A DNA stretch of 64,000 nt from Candidatus Poribacteria bacterium (GCA_028821605.1 JAPPFM010000003.1:29388-93387); one strand, 5' to 3'. Shown: positions 26,967 to 37,630, counted from the stretch's first letter. Numbers and translations: made by a program. The notes: generated by a model not told the origin, from the sequence alone.

Positions 26967-28286
26967 ATGAAAAGGTTCATCGCTTTACCGCGGAAGAACA
27001 ACATCGCCTTGAGTTTACTCATCGGGTTGATTCTCGCTTCGTTGGGTTTGGCAGGGTGTGGCGGGAAACTTGGAAAGATCGAAACGTCGACAGTTGACGC
27101 GGCAATTGTGAACGCTGAGGCAGCTATTGCAGCGGCACAGGACGCTGATGCTCCGTCGCTTGCGTCTGATCTGTTTGAATCCGCAAAAACCAATCTTGAA
27201 GCTGCAAAAACGGCTCTCACTGAAAAAAGAGGGGACGATGCCCTTCGTCTCGCATATCAAGCAACTGTTGATGCCAGACTTGCACAAATGAATTCCGTCA
27301 ATGTCACAATGAATTCGGAATTGAACGCATCCATACTTCAGAAGGAGGCTGAGGCGAAAGACCTCCGCCATTCGCTCCGTCATAAAGAGACGGAACTCGC
27401 AGGCGTTCAGTCTGAGATTCAGGACATTCAGAAAGAGGAAAAGCAGCTGAAACAAGCGGTTTACGACCTACAGAACGAGAACCGTGAATTGGGCAATACA
27501 CGGGCAGCCTACGGGAAACAAGTGGCGCAGCTCTCTGAAACTTTATCAGAAATTCAGGCACGTGCGCAACGGGCAGAAACTGAGATTCGCAATTACGGTA
27601 GAGAAGTCGCTTCACTCCGTCGAAAACTTGAAGTTGCTGACAGAAGGGTGAAAGAAGAGGGGTATCAGAAACGAGCTGTTGTCGCTGAGATAGATTCTCT
27701 GAGAAGGCAACTCCGCGAACAAGCGCAAATCTATACTGAGAAACTCGCCGAAGCAAGTCAGGTGAGTTCGGATACGGAACATGCGGAATATCTCAAGCAG
27801 AAGGCAGCAGAAGCACGCGCCCACGTTGACAGTCAACCGGCACTTCATCCTACTAAAACAGGACGAACTTCCCTCTCTGAGGCACAGATCGCGACGGGTA
27901 AGACTGCCCTCGGTAATTGGGCACGGGCGTGGCATGCGAAAAACCTCAGTGCCCATCTTGCGTACTATGAACCCAGTCTTATTGCCGATAAAGTTGTGAT
28001 TCGCGAGAGTAAAGAGCAGCGGAGCAAAATCGATTTGCAACAACTGAAATCCGAACTCCACCAAATGAGCACCAGTGCCTGGAGCAAAGCCAAAACGGAC
28101 ACCGAAGTTGAAGGAGAAAACGTCATCGGTATCCACCGACTGACCCAATTGGCTACTCCAGCAGATGAAAACGCTGTGGCACTCTACAACATTTGGATTC
28201 GCGAAGTCTGGATGCATCAAGTTGGTAACGACTGGAGAATTCATCATGAAATCTGGCAAATTTATGAAAACGTGCCGAATTTCTAA
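26967..28286 (+). CDS. Lipoprotein: DUF4398-like N-domain, long coiled coil, C-terminal NTF2/SnoaL-like domain
   Basis: Lipobox LAGC. The A/E-rich helical N-domain is followed by a heptad-rich region. The C-terminus (ALGNWARAWHAKNLSAHLAYYEP ... DWRIHHEIWQIYENVPNF) is paralogous to the next ORF. Confidence 0.75.
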   Translation: MKRFIALPRKNNIALSLLIGLILASLGLAGCGGKLGKIETSTVDAAIVNAEAAIAAAQDADAPSLASDLFESAKTNLEAAKTALTEKRGDDALRLAYQATVDARLAQMNSVNVTMNSELNASILQKEAEAKDLRHSLRHKETELAGVQSEIQDIQKEEKQLKQAVYDLQNENRELGNTRAAYGKQVAQLSETLSEIQARAQRAETEIRNYGREVASLRRKLEVADRRVKEEGYQKRAVVAEIDSLRRQLREQAQIYTEKLAEASQVSSDTEHAEYLKQKAAEARAHVDSQPALHPTKTGRTSLSEAQIATGKTALGNWARAWHAKNLSAHLAYYEPSLIADKVVIRESKEQRSKIDLQQLKSELHQMSTSAWSKAKTDTEVEGENVIGIHRLTQLATPADENAVALYNIWIREVWMHQVGNDWRIHHEIWQIYENVPNF

Positions 28287-28319
28287 ACACCTATCTCAAT
28301 TAAGAACGGAGGTTAAATT

Positions 28320-29726
28320 GTGAACGACGCACAAAATCGGCAAGACAGCCAAAATAAATTCACTATACCCCGGAATCTGATTTGGGGTGGTGCTATTGTA
28401 GCAATTGTCATCGCTTTTGCTTTATTCCTTGTGATCTTTATGAGTTCGAGTGAGACACCTGCCGCCTTTATGGCGAAATGGAAAAGTGCCCTTGAATCCG
28501 GTGATCTTAAGCGGTACGAATCGCTTTGGATAAAAAGTGCGCGGCAGCGTCCCGATTCTGGCTATCAGCAGACAGCGAAACTTCTAATGGATAACGTAAA
28601 CATTGAGGTTAACCTTGGAGGTGCCAGTCAGCCCTATCGAGTCCCCCGTTACGCAAATCGTTTCCGAATCGAGGCCATTCCGCTCAGTGTCACTTATCCT
28701 GGCGAAGTGCAGCAGCAGTTCCGAAATCTCGTCATTGAAAAGAGAGGGCTTATTCAACAGCGATGGAAAATTGTTACGGATGAACCGACTGGTAGTGAGT
28801 TAACTGCTACACTGTCAACGCTTGATTCCACGCAACAGACTGGAACTGTGGAACAACCAAACAGCCCTGTAGCACCTTTGGTCATCGCATGGAAAAACGC
28901 GTTAGAGACCCAAAATGTAAAGACCTATACTGACTTGTGGGATAAATCCTCGCGAAAGCGGCGATCCGCAAGTTTTCGGCGTGCCACGGAAATGATGTCG
29001 CAAACCCATATCATAGATATCACTGGTGCCACCTATACTGCTGTTCCACGGCATAAAAAGCGCCACGTTGTTGATCACATTCACGTAACTTTGCAAAGTG
29101 GCGATGATATTATTGCGACGCATATCCGTACACTTACTATTGAGAAAAAAGGATTTTTCAGACGAAAATGGAAAATCATTAACGATGAAGTCGGTGTGGT
29201 ATCTGATGCTATCGCATACTTGCCAGACGAATCAGGCGCGGACACTGTCTCTGGTGAAGCATCAGGTGGTGCGTTCGATGGGAACGCCCCGCTGGACACG
29301 CAGCTCAAGGTACGACAGGTCTTAGGTAAATGGCAGGTGGCTTGGGAAGAGAAGGACCTGAAAACCTATATGTCCATTTATTCGGAAAGATCCCGAATTA
29401 CCCGTGTCAGCGTGCGTGATGGCAAGGAAACTAAGCGTCATCTCTCGAAAGTGCAGCTTCGCGAACAGATGAAGAAACTGAACAGAATATATGCTGAGAT
29501 TCAGGTGTCTATCTCCAATTTACAGGTTAACGGGGATCGGGCAGTAGCGGATGTCAACTTCTTGCAAAAATTCACCGGCACGCCCGCGAGCGGTAGCCGT
29601 CCTGCCTACTCTGACTATGGTACGAAAAAACTGAATCTCATGGTGGATCCGGCAGATGGACATTGGCGAATTTACTCCGAGACATGGAGTCGCTACGAAG
29701 ATGTCCCGGATTTCCCGAAGATGTAA
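28320..29726 (+). CDS. Membrane-anchored protein with three NTF2/SnoaL-like repeats
   Basis: GTG start with GGAGG SD and an N-terminal TM. Three W(K/Q)xA(L/W)Exx(D/N)(L/V)KxY modules. The tail HWRIYSETWSRYEDVPDFPKM resembles that of the previous ORF. Confidence 0.75.
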   Translation: MNDAQNRQDSQNKFTIPRNLIWGGAIVAIVIAFALFLVIFMSSSETPAAFMAKWKSALESGDLKRYESLWIKSARQRPDSGYQQTAKLLMDNVNIEVNLGGASQPYRVPRYANRFRIEAIPLSVTYPGEVQQQFRNLVIEKRGLIQQRWKIVTDEPTGSELTATLSTLDSTQQTGTVEQPNSPVAPLVIAWKNALETQNVKTYTDLWDKSSRKRRSASFRRATEMMSQTHIIDITGATYTAVPRHKKRHVVDHIHVTLQSGDDIIATHIRTLTIEKKGFFRRKWKIINDEVGVVSDAIAYLPDESGADTVSGEASGGAFDGNAPLDTQLKVRQVLGKWQVAWEEKDLKTYMSIYSERSRITRVSVRDGKETKRHLSKVQLREQMKKLNRIYAEIQVSISNLQVNGDRAVADVNFLQKFTGTPASGSRPAYSDYGTKKLNLMVDPADGHWRIYSETWSRYEDVPDFPKM

Positions 29727-29763
29727 TTGCTGTTGTCGGTTACCGGTCATCGGTTATCAGGAC

Positions 29764-29994
29764 GTAGGTTGGGTTGAGCAGTAAAGCCATAGGCACACTT
29801 TCGCTATACACAGCGTTCCGTTCTTCAATGAACCCTTCGGGTAAATAGGTGTAGCGAAACCCAACATCCCAAACGGTATCGGTATCTAATGCGTTGGGTT
29901 TCACTCGGTTTTTGGTGATTTCAGGTTCTCTGTTCTTCTGAAAACACTGTGCTGTGTGCGATTTTTTAGTAGGTCTTCGTTCAACCCAACCTAC
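29764..29994 (+). repeat. ~233-bp MITE-like structured element, copy B
   Basis: GTAGGTTGGGTTGAGCAGTAAAGCC ... GTAGCGAAACCCAACA ... GCGTTGGGTTTCACTC ... CGTTCAACCCAACCTAC. Confidence 0.85.
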
Positions 29995-30031
29995 AGGACT
30001 CTTTATCTTTAGGTTTCACTATAATAAAAAA

Positions 30032-30448
30032 ATGCACACTGAGTACCGAACCAAACGCAAAATTGAGTTCGCCGATACCGATATGGCGGGCATTGTCCAT
30101 TTTACACGATTTTTTGTATTTATGGAGACTGCGGAGCACGAGTTCCTCCGTAGTTTAGGCACGAGCGTTGCGACTGAATGGAATGGGGATAAAATCGGGT
30201 GGCCCCGGCTCGCTGCTTCTTGTGAATATCTAAGTCCGCTCCGGTTTGAAGATGAGGTGGATATCCATCTTTTAGTATCTAAAAAAGGGACGAAATCGCT
30301 CACCTACCAGTTTCATTTTACACATCAGGGAGAGGACATCGCACGTGGGCAAATCACGACGGTCTGTTGTATAACAAATCCGGGTGAAAAGCTGCGTGCA
30401 ATTCCTATCCCCGATTTCATCGCCAATCAGATACACAATTCATCGTAG
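30032..30448 (+). CDS. Acyl-CoA thioesterase, hotdog fold (YbgC/4HBT family)
   Basis: IEFADTDMAGIVHFTRFF.. pattern. ATG at 30032 is preferred because the track start at 29954 lies inside repeat copy B. Confidence 0.8.
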   Translation: MHTEYRTKRKIEFADTDMAGIVHFTRFFVFMETAEHEFLRSLGTSVATEWNGDKIGWPRLAASCEYLSPLRFEDEVDIHLLVSKKGTKSLTYQFHFTHQGEDIARGQITTVCCITNPGEKLRAIPIPDFIANQIHNSS

Positions 30449-30489
30449 AAGATCTTTCCAATCCCGCCTCACAAAGGATTACGAAAATC

Positions 30490-31179
30490 ATGCATCAACC
30501 CCCCACCAACAGATCTATGCTTCAAGTCTCTAATCTCTCTAAAGACTACGGTTCGGTTGAGGTCTTACGAGATGTTTCATTTAGTTTTACAGATGGTGTG
30601 TCCGTCGCTATCACCGGTCCCTCCGGTTCCGGTAAAAGCACCCTTTTACACATCATCGGCACTTTGGAGAAACCTACTAACGGACAGGTTAGGATTAACA
30701 ACACGGATCCGTTTGCCCTCTCCGAACCTGAATTGGCACGATATCGAAATTCCGTGATCGGATTTGTGTTCCAGGACCATCACCTGCTCCCACAATATTC
30801 TGTGCTTGAGAATGTTCTCGTGCCTACATTTGCCTTTAAACAGCAGCCTGACGCAAACGAACGGGTGCATGAACTCCTAAACCGGGTTGGGCTTACGGAT
30901 CGGATATCGCACCGACCTGGTGAACTTTCAGGTGGTGAGCGACAACGCGTTGCGATCGCACGTGCCCTTATTAACCAACCGAATATTCTCCTCTGCGATG
31001 AGCCGACAGGCAACCTTGATACTACTACGACTGAAACTATCGCCAATCTGCTCTTTGAACTACATCAAGCGGAAAAAAACGTGTTGATTGTCGTCACACA
31101 CAATCTTACATTCGCCTCGCGTTTTCAGCAACACCTCCAACTCGCGGATGGCACTTGCACAGTAGATAGCGATTCATAA
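30490..31179 (+). CDS. ABC transporter ATP-binding protein (MacB/LolD-like)
   Basis: Walker [10 protein letters not shown], signature LSGGERQRV, Walker B ILLCDEPT. Confidence 0.95.
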   Translation: MHQPPTNRSMLQVSNLSKDYGSVEVLRDVSFSFTDGVSVAITGPSGSGKSTLLHIIGTLEKPTNGQVRINNTDPFALSEPELARYRNSVIGFVFQDHHLLPQYSVLENVLVPTFAFKQQPDANERVHELLNRVGLTDRISHRPGELSGGERQRVAIARALINQPNILLCDEPTGNLDTTTTETIANLLFELHQAEKNVLIVVTHNLTFASRFQQHLQLADGTCTVDSDS

Positions 31180-31197
31180 TCTTCTTAAGTATAGACT

Positions 31198-34100
31198 ATG
31201 CGTAGGTTTTTTGGGAGTTCATTCAAATATTTTTGGCAGATACACCTTACCGTTGCACTTTGTACGGCTGTGGCAACAGGTGTACTTGCTGGCGCGTTAA
31301 TTGTTGGGGATTCTGTGCGTGGGAGCCTACGGAGCCTCACAACTGAACGACTCGGCACAATCCAACATGCCCTCCTCGCAGATCACTTTTTTCAACCCAA
31401 CCTATTGGATCAACAGGATAAAGTGCCAGCGGTTTTACTGAATGGAACCATCGTTGCGCCGCAAACGCAGACGCGAGCATCGAAGGTGAATATCCTCGGC
31501 GTAACGGAAAGTTTCTTTACGTTCTGGGATGCAGATACCGCACCAAATCTAAACAAAGCAGCTGGACAACCCTTCAATGCGATCGTCATTAACGAGGCCC
31601 TTCAAAGTGAATTGAACGTCCAAGTCGGTGACACACTGCTGGTGAATATCCCGCAGATAGCTGACATCCATCCAGAATTCATCCTCGGCGAGCGCGATGC
31701 GTCCGAGGCTATCCAAAGCCTTCGTTTGATTGTCAGTGACATCGTTCCTTCCGAAAACGTTGGTAGATTCAGCCTGCGTGCGCATCAAAACCTTCCTCTG
31801 AATGCCTTTATTGCACTTCCGGTTTTACAAAAAGCACTCGGGCAGGAAGATAAAATAAACGCTCTGTTTACAAAAGAGACGACTCCGATTTCACCTGACG
31901 AGTTAGCATTGACGCTTGAAGCACTCGGATTACGTATTCAAGCACATGAAACCCATTTCGATCTCCAAAGTCAAGAGTATCTCCTTAAACCGATCTTTTC
32001 AGAGACTGCGTTGACGGTGGCATTGAGGCACCGCATTCCGACCTTTCCGACGCTCACCTATCTCGCGAATACGATTTCCTCGAATGGCAAAACCGTCCCA
32101 TATTCTACAATTATTGCGCTCCCGACTGATGACGGAACGTTTGCGGAACTCCTTGACCAACATATAACGGAAGCAGATGTCCTCGCGTATGTGGAAGCGT
32201 ATCAGCAAGAAGTCGAGAGACTAAAACCTGAAATCTCTGAAGAATTTAAAAAACTGGACGAAGAGCAGAACAAAATAAGAAAAGAGGTGAACACGTTAGC
32301 AGAAACAGGGTCGAAACTGGGCAAAACAGAATACAAGCAACGACTCAACGAAGCTTCTATTGATTTGGCTGAAATTAAAAGCGCACTTGATGCGTTGTAT
32401 GATCGTAGCGAACTGGGCGAAATCGTTCTAAATGCGTGGACGGCAGCAGACCTTGGGGTGAAAGTCGGAGACGGAATCAATATCACATACTACCGTGTTG
32501 GAGTGGATGAAGAATACACCACAGAGACGGCATCTTTCCTGCTGAAGGGAATCCTGCCAATTGAAGGCATCGCTGCGGATAGAGGGATCATCCCGACCTT
32601 TCCTGGTATCCATGATACTGCCGATATGTCCGAATGGGAATCGCCTTTTCCAATCGATTATGCCATCATTCGCGACAAAGACGAGGCGTATTGGGATGAA
32701 TACGGTGCGACACCGAAAGCGTTTATCTCGCTGGAGACCGGTAAGCGATTGTGGCAGAACCGATTTGGAGACCTCACAAGTATTCGGATGACCACCGCAC
32801 CGGACACAGACATTCATGAGACACGCACCCTTTTTGAAACCGAGTTCCTCAAAGAAATTCAGCCGGAGGCGGTTGGATTTCAATTCTTATCGCTTCAAGC
32901 AGATGGGCTTCAAGCCTCCGCAGGAGCAACAGATTTCGGGATGCTCTTTGGCAGCCTGAGTGCTTTTATCATTATTGCTGTTGCCTTGTTGGTAGGGATG
33001 CTTTTCCGTATCGGTGTAGAGCAGAGATCGCGTGAAATCGGTATCTTACAAGCCATTGGTTACCCGCTTGTCAAGGTCCGCCGCCGTTTTCTTTATGAGG
33101 GAGGCATCATCGCTGGTATCGGTAGTCTGATAGGGTGTCTGCTCGCTGTGGGTTACGCACAACTGATGATATTTGGGCTGCAGACGTGGTGGCTGCCTGC
33201 CATCGGCACGCCATTTATGGAACTTCACGCCAGTCCGTGGAGCCTACTGAGCGGTGTGCTTATCTCGCTGGGTGTTGTGATGATTTCCATCCGACTGACT
33301 GTCCACAAATTAGGGAGAGCATCGGCTGTATCGCTCCTCGCTGGCGGAACCGATTTTGTTGATGCGACAACAGGTAAACCCAAAACTCGGAAAAGGGGAT
33401 ATCTTCCATTCCTGTTCGCTTTGATCGGAATAGGCGTAGGCATACTGGTGGGGCATCCTATCGTTCGTTTACTGGGTGTGGCACTCGTTGTTATTGGTGT
33501 AGGATGGGAGCTATTTGATAGATGGTTAAAATCACAGAATGTGCCTAAACAACTGAGTAGGGTGCGGTTTGCTATCAGAAACACAGCACGGCAGCCCGGG
33601 CGGAGTACAACCTGCGTTACGACAATCAGTATCGCGTGCTGCATCATCGTTGCAGTGGGCGCGAATCGACACGATGCACCGCCAAAAACGGAATACGCCT
33701 TTGTTGCTGAGTCGGCACTTCCATTACACCACAGTCTCAATACACCAGATGGGAGGTTTGAGCTCGGTTTTTCCGAGAGTGCCTCTGAGCTGCTCAGTGC
33801 GTCAGAAATAATTCCGTTTCGCGTGCTGCCGGGTGAAGATGTGAGCTGCCTCAACCTTTATCAGCCTCAGAAACCGCAAATTTTGGGTGCTTCTGACGCT
33901 ATGTTAGACGAATTCCCTTGGCGCAAACTCAAACGAGAGGTTAGTAAAGTCGGTAGAGTCCTTGCTATCGGGGATGAGAAGTCGCTTCGTTGGATTTTAC
34001 ACCATGATCCGGGTGAGGATTTCCTCGTCCAAGATGAGTTTGGACAAGTGCTCCGCCTTGAACTTGAGACGGTTGTAAACAGTCTTTTCCAAAGTCAATT

Positions 34101-34665
34101 GATTATCTCTGAGTCGAATTTCACGAAATACTTTCCGAGCCAAAGCGGGTACCAGTTTTTCCTCATTAAAACACCGCCAACATTGCGGGAGGAAACCGCA
34201 CAGATTTTGGAGAAAACATTGGGTGATTACGGTTTCGACCTTACGTCAGCAGCGGCGCGGTTGGCAAGTTATCGGGCAGTTGAAAATACCTATATCTCCA
34301 CTTTCCAGAGCCTCGGCGGTTTAGGCGTGCTACTCGGTACCTTCGGGTTGGCACTGGTTTTCTTTAGAAATATCATTGAGCGTCGCAGAGAATTGGCGAC
34401 GCTACGCGCCTTCGGTTTCCAACGGCGACTCCTGTCTCGGATGCTCTTTATTGAAAGCTGCTTTCTCCTTGCGATTGGGATGTTCATCGGAATTGTCGCT
34501 GGACTTGCCGCAATTCTCGCTTCACAGGGACATCTCCCTTCCTTTCCGTGGTTTTCCCTTACAATTACTTTGCTTTTTATCTTCGGTTTTGGTATAATTG
34601 CAAATGCAGTTGCCGTTGCCGTGGCACTCCGAAGTCCACTCCTGTCAACGCTTAAATCGGAATAA
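31198..34665 (+). CDS. FtsX-family ABC transporter permease with large extracytoplasmic domains
   Basis: 1155 aa. Hydrophobic helix clusters in the middle and at the C-terminus, typical of duplicated FtsX modules. Immediately follows the ATPase gene. Confidence 0.85.
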   Translation: MRRFFGSSFKYFWQIHLTVALCTAVATGVLAGALIVGDSVRGSLRSLTTERLGTIQHALLADHFFQPNLLDQQDKVPAVLLNGTIVAPQTQTRASKVNILGVTESFFTFWDADTAPNLNKAAGQPFNAIVINEALQSELNVQVGDTLLVNIPQIADIHPEFILGERDASEAIQSLRLIVSDIVPSENVGRFSLRAHQNLPLNAFIALPVLQKALGQEDKINALFTKETTPISPDELALTLEALGLRIQAHETHFDLQSQEYLLKPIFSETALTVALRHRIPTFPTLTYLANTISSNGKTVPYSTIIALPTDDGTFAELLDQHITEADVLAYVEAYQQEVERLKPEISEEFKKLDEEQNKIRKEVNTLAETGSKLGKTEYKQRLNEASIDLAEIKSALDALYDRSELGEIVLNAWTAADLGVKVGDGINITYYRVGVDEEYTTETASFLLKGILPIEGIAADRGIIPTFPGIHDTADMSEWESPFPIDYAIIRDKDEAYWDEYGATPKAFISLETGKRLWQNRFGDLTSIRMTTAPDTDIHETRTLFETEFLKEIQPEAVGFQFLSLQADGLQASAGATDFGMLFGSLSAFIIIAVALLVGMLFRIGVEQRSREIGILQAIGYPLVKVRRRFLYEGGIIAGIGSLIGCLLAVGYAQLMIFGLQTWWLPAIGTPFMELHASPWSLLSGVLISLGVVMISIRLTVHKLGRASAVSLLAGGTDFVDATTGKPKTRKRGYLPFLFALIGIGVGILVGHPIVRLLGVALVVIGVGWELFDRWLKSQNVPKQLSRVRFAIRNTARQPGRSTTCVTTISIACCIIVAVGANRHDAPPKTEYAFVAESALPLHHSLNTPDGRFELGFSESASELLSASEIIPFRVLPGEDVSCLNLYQPQKPQILGASDAMLDEFPWRKLKREVSKVGRVLAIGDEKSLRWILHHDPGEDFLVQDEFGQVLRLELETVVNSLFQSQLIISESNFTKYFPSQSGYQFFLIKTPPTLREETAQILEKTLGDYGFDLTSAAARLASYRAVENTYISTFQSLGGLGVLLGTFGLALVFFRNIIERRRELATLRAFGFQRRLLSRMLFIESCFLLAIGMFIGIVAGLAAILASQGHLPSFPWFSLTITLLFIFGFGIIANAVAVAVALRSPLLSTLKSE

Positions 34666-34768
34666 AGCCTTTGTATACGAGGCTTTTAGCACAGATAACT
34701 CTTCAAGTCCGTTTCTTTAAAGTTTTAGCAGGTGGGTTTCCAATCTGGTCAGTTTTGGGGAACACGCT

Positions 34769-35374
34769 ATGTATCCTGTTACATTCAGAACTACGTCTCG
34801 CATTCTTTGTGCAGCTATACTCCTTTTCTGTTTTCTGATGCAGAGTGGGTGTTCCAGCGATTCCGATCCGAATACGCCAAGCGCGCTGGATCATACGGAA
34901 CGCGGATGGCACTTCTATGAGGCAGGTGACTACCCGCAAGCGTTGCTCAATTTTGAACGGGCAATCAATTTCGATGCGGAACTTGCCGATGCACATAACG
35001 GAGTGGGATGGAGCCATCTCAGCCTATCGCTAAATCCGCCGTTGGCACAGGAAGCGTTCCAAAACGCTGTCCAACTCGACGCGTCAAATGCGGATGCGTG
35101 GGTTGGGCTTGCGAACCTCCTCTACTTACGGAACAAAGACGCTACTGATTTCAGGTCGGCTATCCGAGCAGTTGATAATGCTTTGCAAGGGGACCCACAA
35201 TATCTCTTTCGGCACGACTATTACTCCAATGCTGAACTCTATGCGCTTAAGGCGGCGTGTTACTATTATCTTGGCGAGAATCAATCGGCACAGCAGAAGG
35301 CTAACAAGGCACTCCAAATTGATACGACAAATAGGACTGCTATTGTCCTACAAAACTTGCTGAAAGAGGAATAA
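34769..35374 (+). CDS. TPR-repeat lipoprotein
   Basis: Lipobox-like QSGC. Repeated A..Y..A(L/I)..(D/N)P TPR-type helices. Confidence 0.75.
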   Translation: MYPVTFRTTSRILCAAILLFCFLMQSGCSSDSDPNTPSALDHTERGWHFYEAGDYPQALLNFERAINFDAELADAHNGVGWSHLSLSLNPPLAQEAFQNAVQLDASNADAWVGLANLLYLRNKDATDFRSAIRAVDNALQGDPQYLFRHDYYSNAELYALKAACYYYLGENQSAQQKANKALQIDTTNRTAIVLQNLLKEE

Positions 35375-35404
35375 TATTCAATTTACACATTTGAGCGAAT
35401 TTAT

Positions 35405-35432
35405 GGGCAGCCACAAGGGCTGCCCCTACAAA
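35405..35432 (+). repeat. REP-like hairpin R1 (GGGCAGCC-ACAA-GGGCTGCCCCTACAAAG)
   Basis: Same architecture as the copies at 1326, 6272 and 26713. Confidence 0.8.
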
Positions 35433-35503
35433 GTGTCTACGTATTTTGATAATTCACCATATATCTTCATTTATCCCAAATTTTGAATTTAGGAGAACGA
35501 AAT

Positions 35504-36397
35504 ATGTCTCAAAACGTTATTACATCTACACAGTTAACCAACTTAACTCCTGCCCACAGTGGTAAGGTGCGTGATCTCTACGACCTCGGAGACGAACTCC
35601 TGATTATATCCACGGATCGGATTTCCGCCTTTGATGTTGTTTTACCGAACGGTATACCGGATAAAGGCAGAGTTCTAACCGGTCTGTCCAAATTCTGGTT
35701 CAACTACACGGAATCTGTCTGTAAGAACCACCTCATTGCGACCGATGTTGAAGATTACCCCGATACGTTACACCCTGACGCGGAACTCTTAGAAGGACGC
35801 TCTATGCTCGTCCGTAAAGCGAATCGGGTCGATATTGAATGCGTGGTGCGCGGTTATCTCGCTGGGTCCGGCTGGTCCTCATATCAGAAGACAGGCGAGA
35901 TTTGTGGACAGAAGCTCCCAGATGGACTACAGGAATCTGATCGACTGCCCGAACTCCTATTTACACCGACAACTAAAGCTGAACACGGCGAGCATGACGA
36001 ACCCATCTCTATTGAAGAGATGAAGAACGAAGTCGGTAGCGAACTTACGGATCGCTTGATTGATGCGAGTTTCGCGCTCTTTAGAAGTGCCAGTCAGCAC
36101 GCGGAAAGTACCGGTATTATCCTCTGCGATACTAAGTTTGAGTTCGGGGAGCTCAATGGCGACCTGATTCTCATCGACGAAGTGTTTACGCCCGACTCAT
36201 CCCGCTTCTGGCCCGCAGAGCTTTACGAACCCGGTAAACCGCAGCAGAGTTTCGATAAACAGTTCGTACGGGATTATCTCTCCGAAATCGGTTGGAACAA
36301 AGAACCCCCCGCACCTGAGTTGCCAGAGACGGTCATCTCCAAAACGAGCGAGAAGTATCGCGAGGCGTATCGCCTCATCGTCGGCGAAGAGTTGTAG
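35504..36397 (+). CDS. purC: Phosphoribosylaminoimidazole-succinocarboxamide (SAICAR) synthase
   Basis: GKVRDLY..STDRISAFD..CDTKFEFG.. PurC motifs. ATG at 35504 with AGGAG SD. Confidence 0.95.
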   Translation: MSQNVITSTQLTNLTPAHSGKVRDLYDLGDELLIISTDRISAFDVVLPNGIPDKGRVLTGLSKFWFNYTESVCKNHLIATDVEDYPDTLHPDAELLEGRSMLVRKANRVDIECVVRGYLAGSGWSSYQKTGEICGQKLPDGLQESDRLPELLFTPTTKAEHGEHDEPISIEEMKNEVGSELTDRLIDASFALFRSASQHAESTGIILCDTKFEFGELNGDLILIDEVFTPDSSRFWPAELYEPGKPQQSFDKQFVRDYLSEIGWNKEPPAPELPETVISKTSEKYREAYRLIVGEEL

Positions 36398-36430
36398 CGT
36401 CGGACTTCCGTTGGACAGAGGAGATGAGAG

Positions 36431-37618
36431 ATGGCAAGCCCACTTGACGGTATAAAGGTTTTGGATCTCACGCGGGTCCTCGCGGGTCCGTATGCGACGA
36501 TGCTTCTTGGTGATCTTGGAGCAGAGGTCATCAAGATTGAGCAACCCGGCACAGGGGACGAATCTCGCAATTTTGGTCCCTTTAAAAACGGGTTCAGCCT
36601 CTATTTCATGAGTGTGAATCGCGGAAAACGGAGTGTGACACTCAACCTTAAAACCGATCATGGACAGGCAATCTTCAAGCAGTTGTTGAAACAGACTGAC
36701 ATTCTCGTCGAGAATTTCCGTCCGGGAACAATGAAAAATTTGGGCTTGGATTACGAGACACTGAAAGCCGACCACCCATCGCTCATTTATGCGGCGTGCT
36801 CCGGCTTCGGACAGACCGGTCCGTATGCGCAGCAAGGCGCGTACGATATGATTATCCAAGGCATGGGCGGTATCATCAGCATTACGGGTGAACCGGAGGG
36901 ACCACCGGTGCGTGTCGGTACATCTATCAGTGACATTACCGCTGCCCTTTTCACAACGATCGGTATTCTCTCCGCGCTGCACCATCGCAACCAAACAGGC
37001 AAGGGACAGTTTGTAGATGTCGCGATGTTGGACAGTCTCGTTGCTGTTTTGGAAAACGCTGTTGTCCGCTATTTCGCCACTGGTGAAGCACCCAAACCGC
37101 TCGGTGCCAGACACCCAGCGATTACACCTTTTGAGGCGTTCGCATCTGCAGATGGACACGTCATTATTGCCCTTGGAAACGATGTGCTTTGGGCTAAATT
37201 CTGTGAACATGTTGACCGGAAGGAACTCATCTCAGATGAACGATTTCAAACAAACGCAGACCGAACAGAAAATCATAGCGAATTGTTTCCTATCCTCTCG
37301 GAGATCATGTCTCAGCGGACAACCGATGATTGGATTGACGCACTCGGGCACATCGGTGTGCCGTGTGGTCCCATCAATACAATGGATAAAGTTGTCTCAC
37401 ATCCACAGGTGCAGGCACGTGAGATGATTACACGCGTCGCACACCAGATCACGGGAGAAGTGGAGGTGCCGGGGGTGCCGATTAAACTTTCAGAAACGCC
37501 CGGAAATGTAGACGCACCTGCTCCAAGTCTCGGTGAACATACAACCGAGATTCTAACCGATGTGTTAAAAATGCATCCAAATGAAGTGGAAAAGTTAAGG
37601 CGAGACGGAGTCGTTTAG
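36431..37618 (+). CDS. Family III CoA-transferase (CaiB/BaiF-like)
   Basis: GIKVLDLTRVLAGPYATMLLGDLGAEVIKIE.. N-terminal signature. 395 aa. Confidence 0.9.
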   Translation: MASPLDGIKVLDLTRVLAGPYATMLLGDLGAEVIKIEQPGTGDESRNFGPFKNGFSLYFMSVNRGKRSVTLNLKTDHGQAIFKQLLKQTDILVENFRPGTMKNLGLDYETLKADHPSLIYAACSGFGQTGPYAQQGAYDMIIQGMGGIISITGEPEGPPVRVGTSISDITAALFTTIGILSALHHRNQTGKGQFVDVAMLDSLVAVLENAVVRYFATGEAPKPLGARHPAITPFEAFASADGHVIIALGNDVLWAKFCEHVDRKELISDERFQTNADRTENHSELFPILSEIMSQRTTDDWIDALGHIGVPCGPINTMDKVVSHPQVQAREMITRVAHQITGEVEVPGVPIKLSETPGNVDAPAPSLGEHTTEILTDVLKMHPNEVEKLRRDGVV

Positions 37619-37630
37619 AAAGGAGTTCGC

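Noticed and set aside
27612-28259. 215-aa minus-strand ORF
   Set aside because: It is antisense to the coiled-coil lipoprotein gene. Low-complexity coiled-coil DNA keeps the reverse frames open.
33225-33854. 209-aa minus-strand ORF
   Set aside because: It is antisense to the FtsX permease gene and no motif was recognised.
36197-37210. 337-aa minus-strand ORF
   Set aside because: It lies antisense to two strongly supported genes (the purC 3' end and the CoA-transferase). It has no recognisable motifs and no SD. It is a typical shadow ORF.
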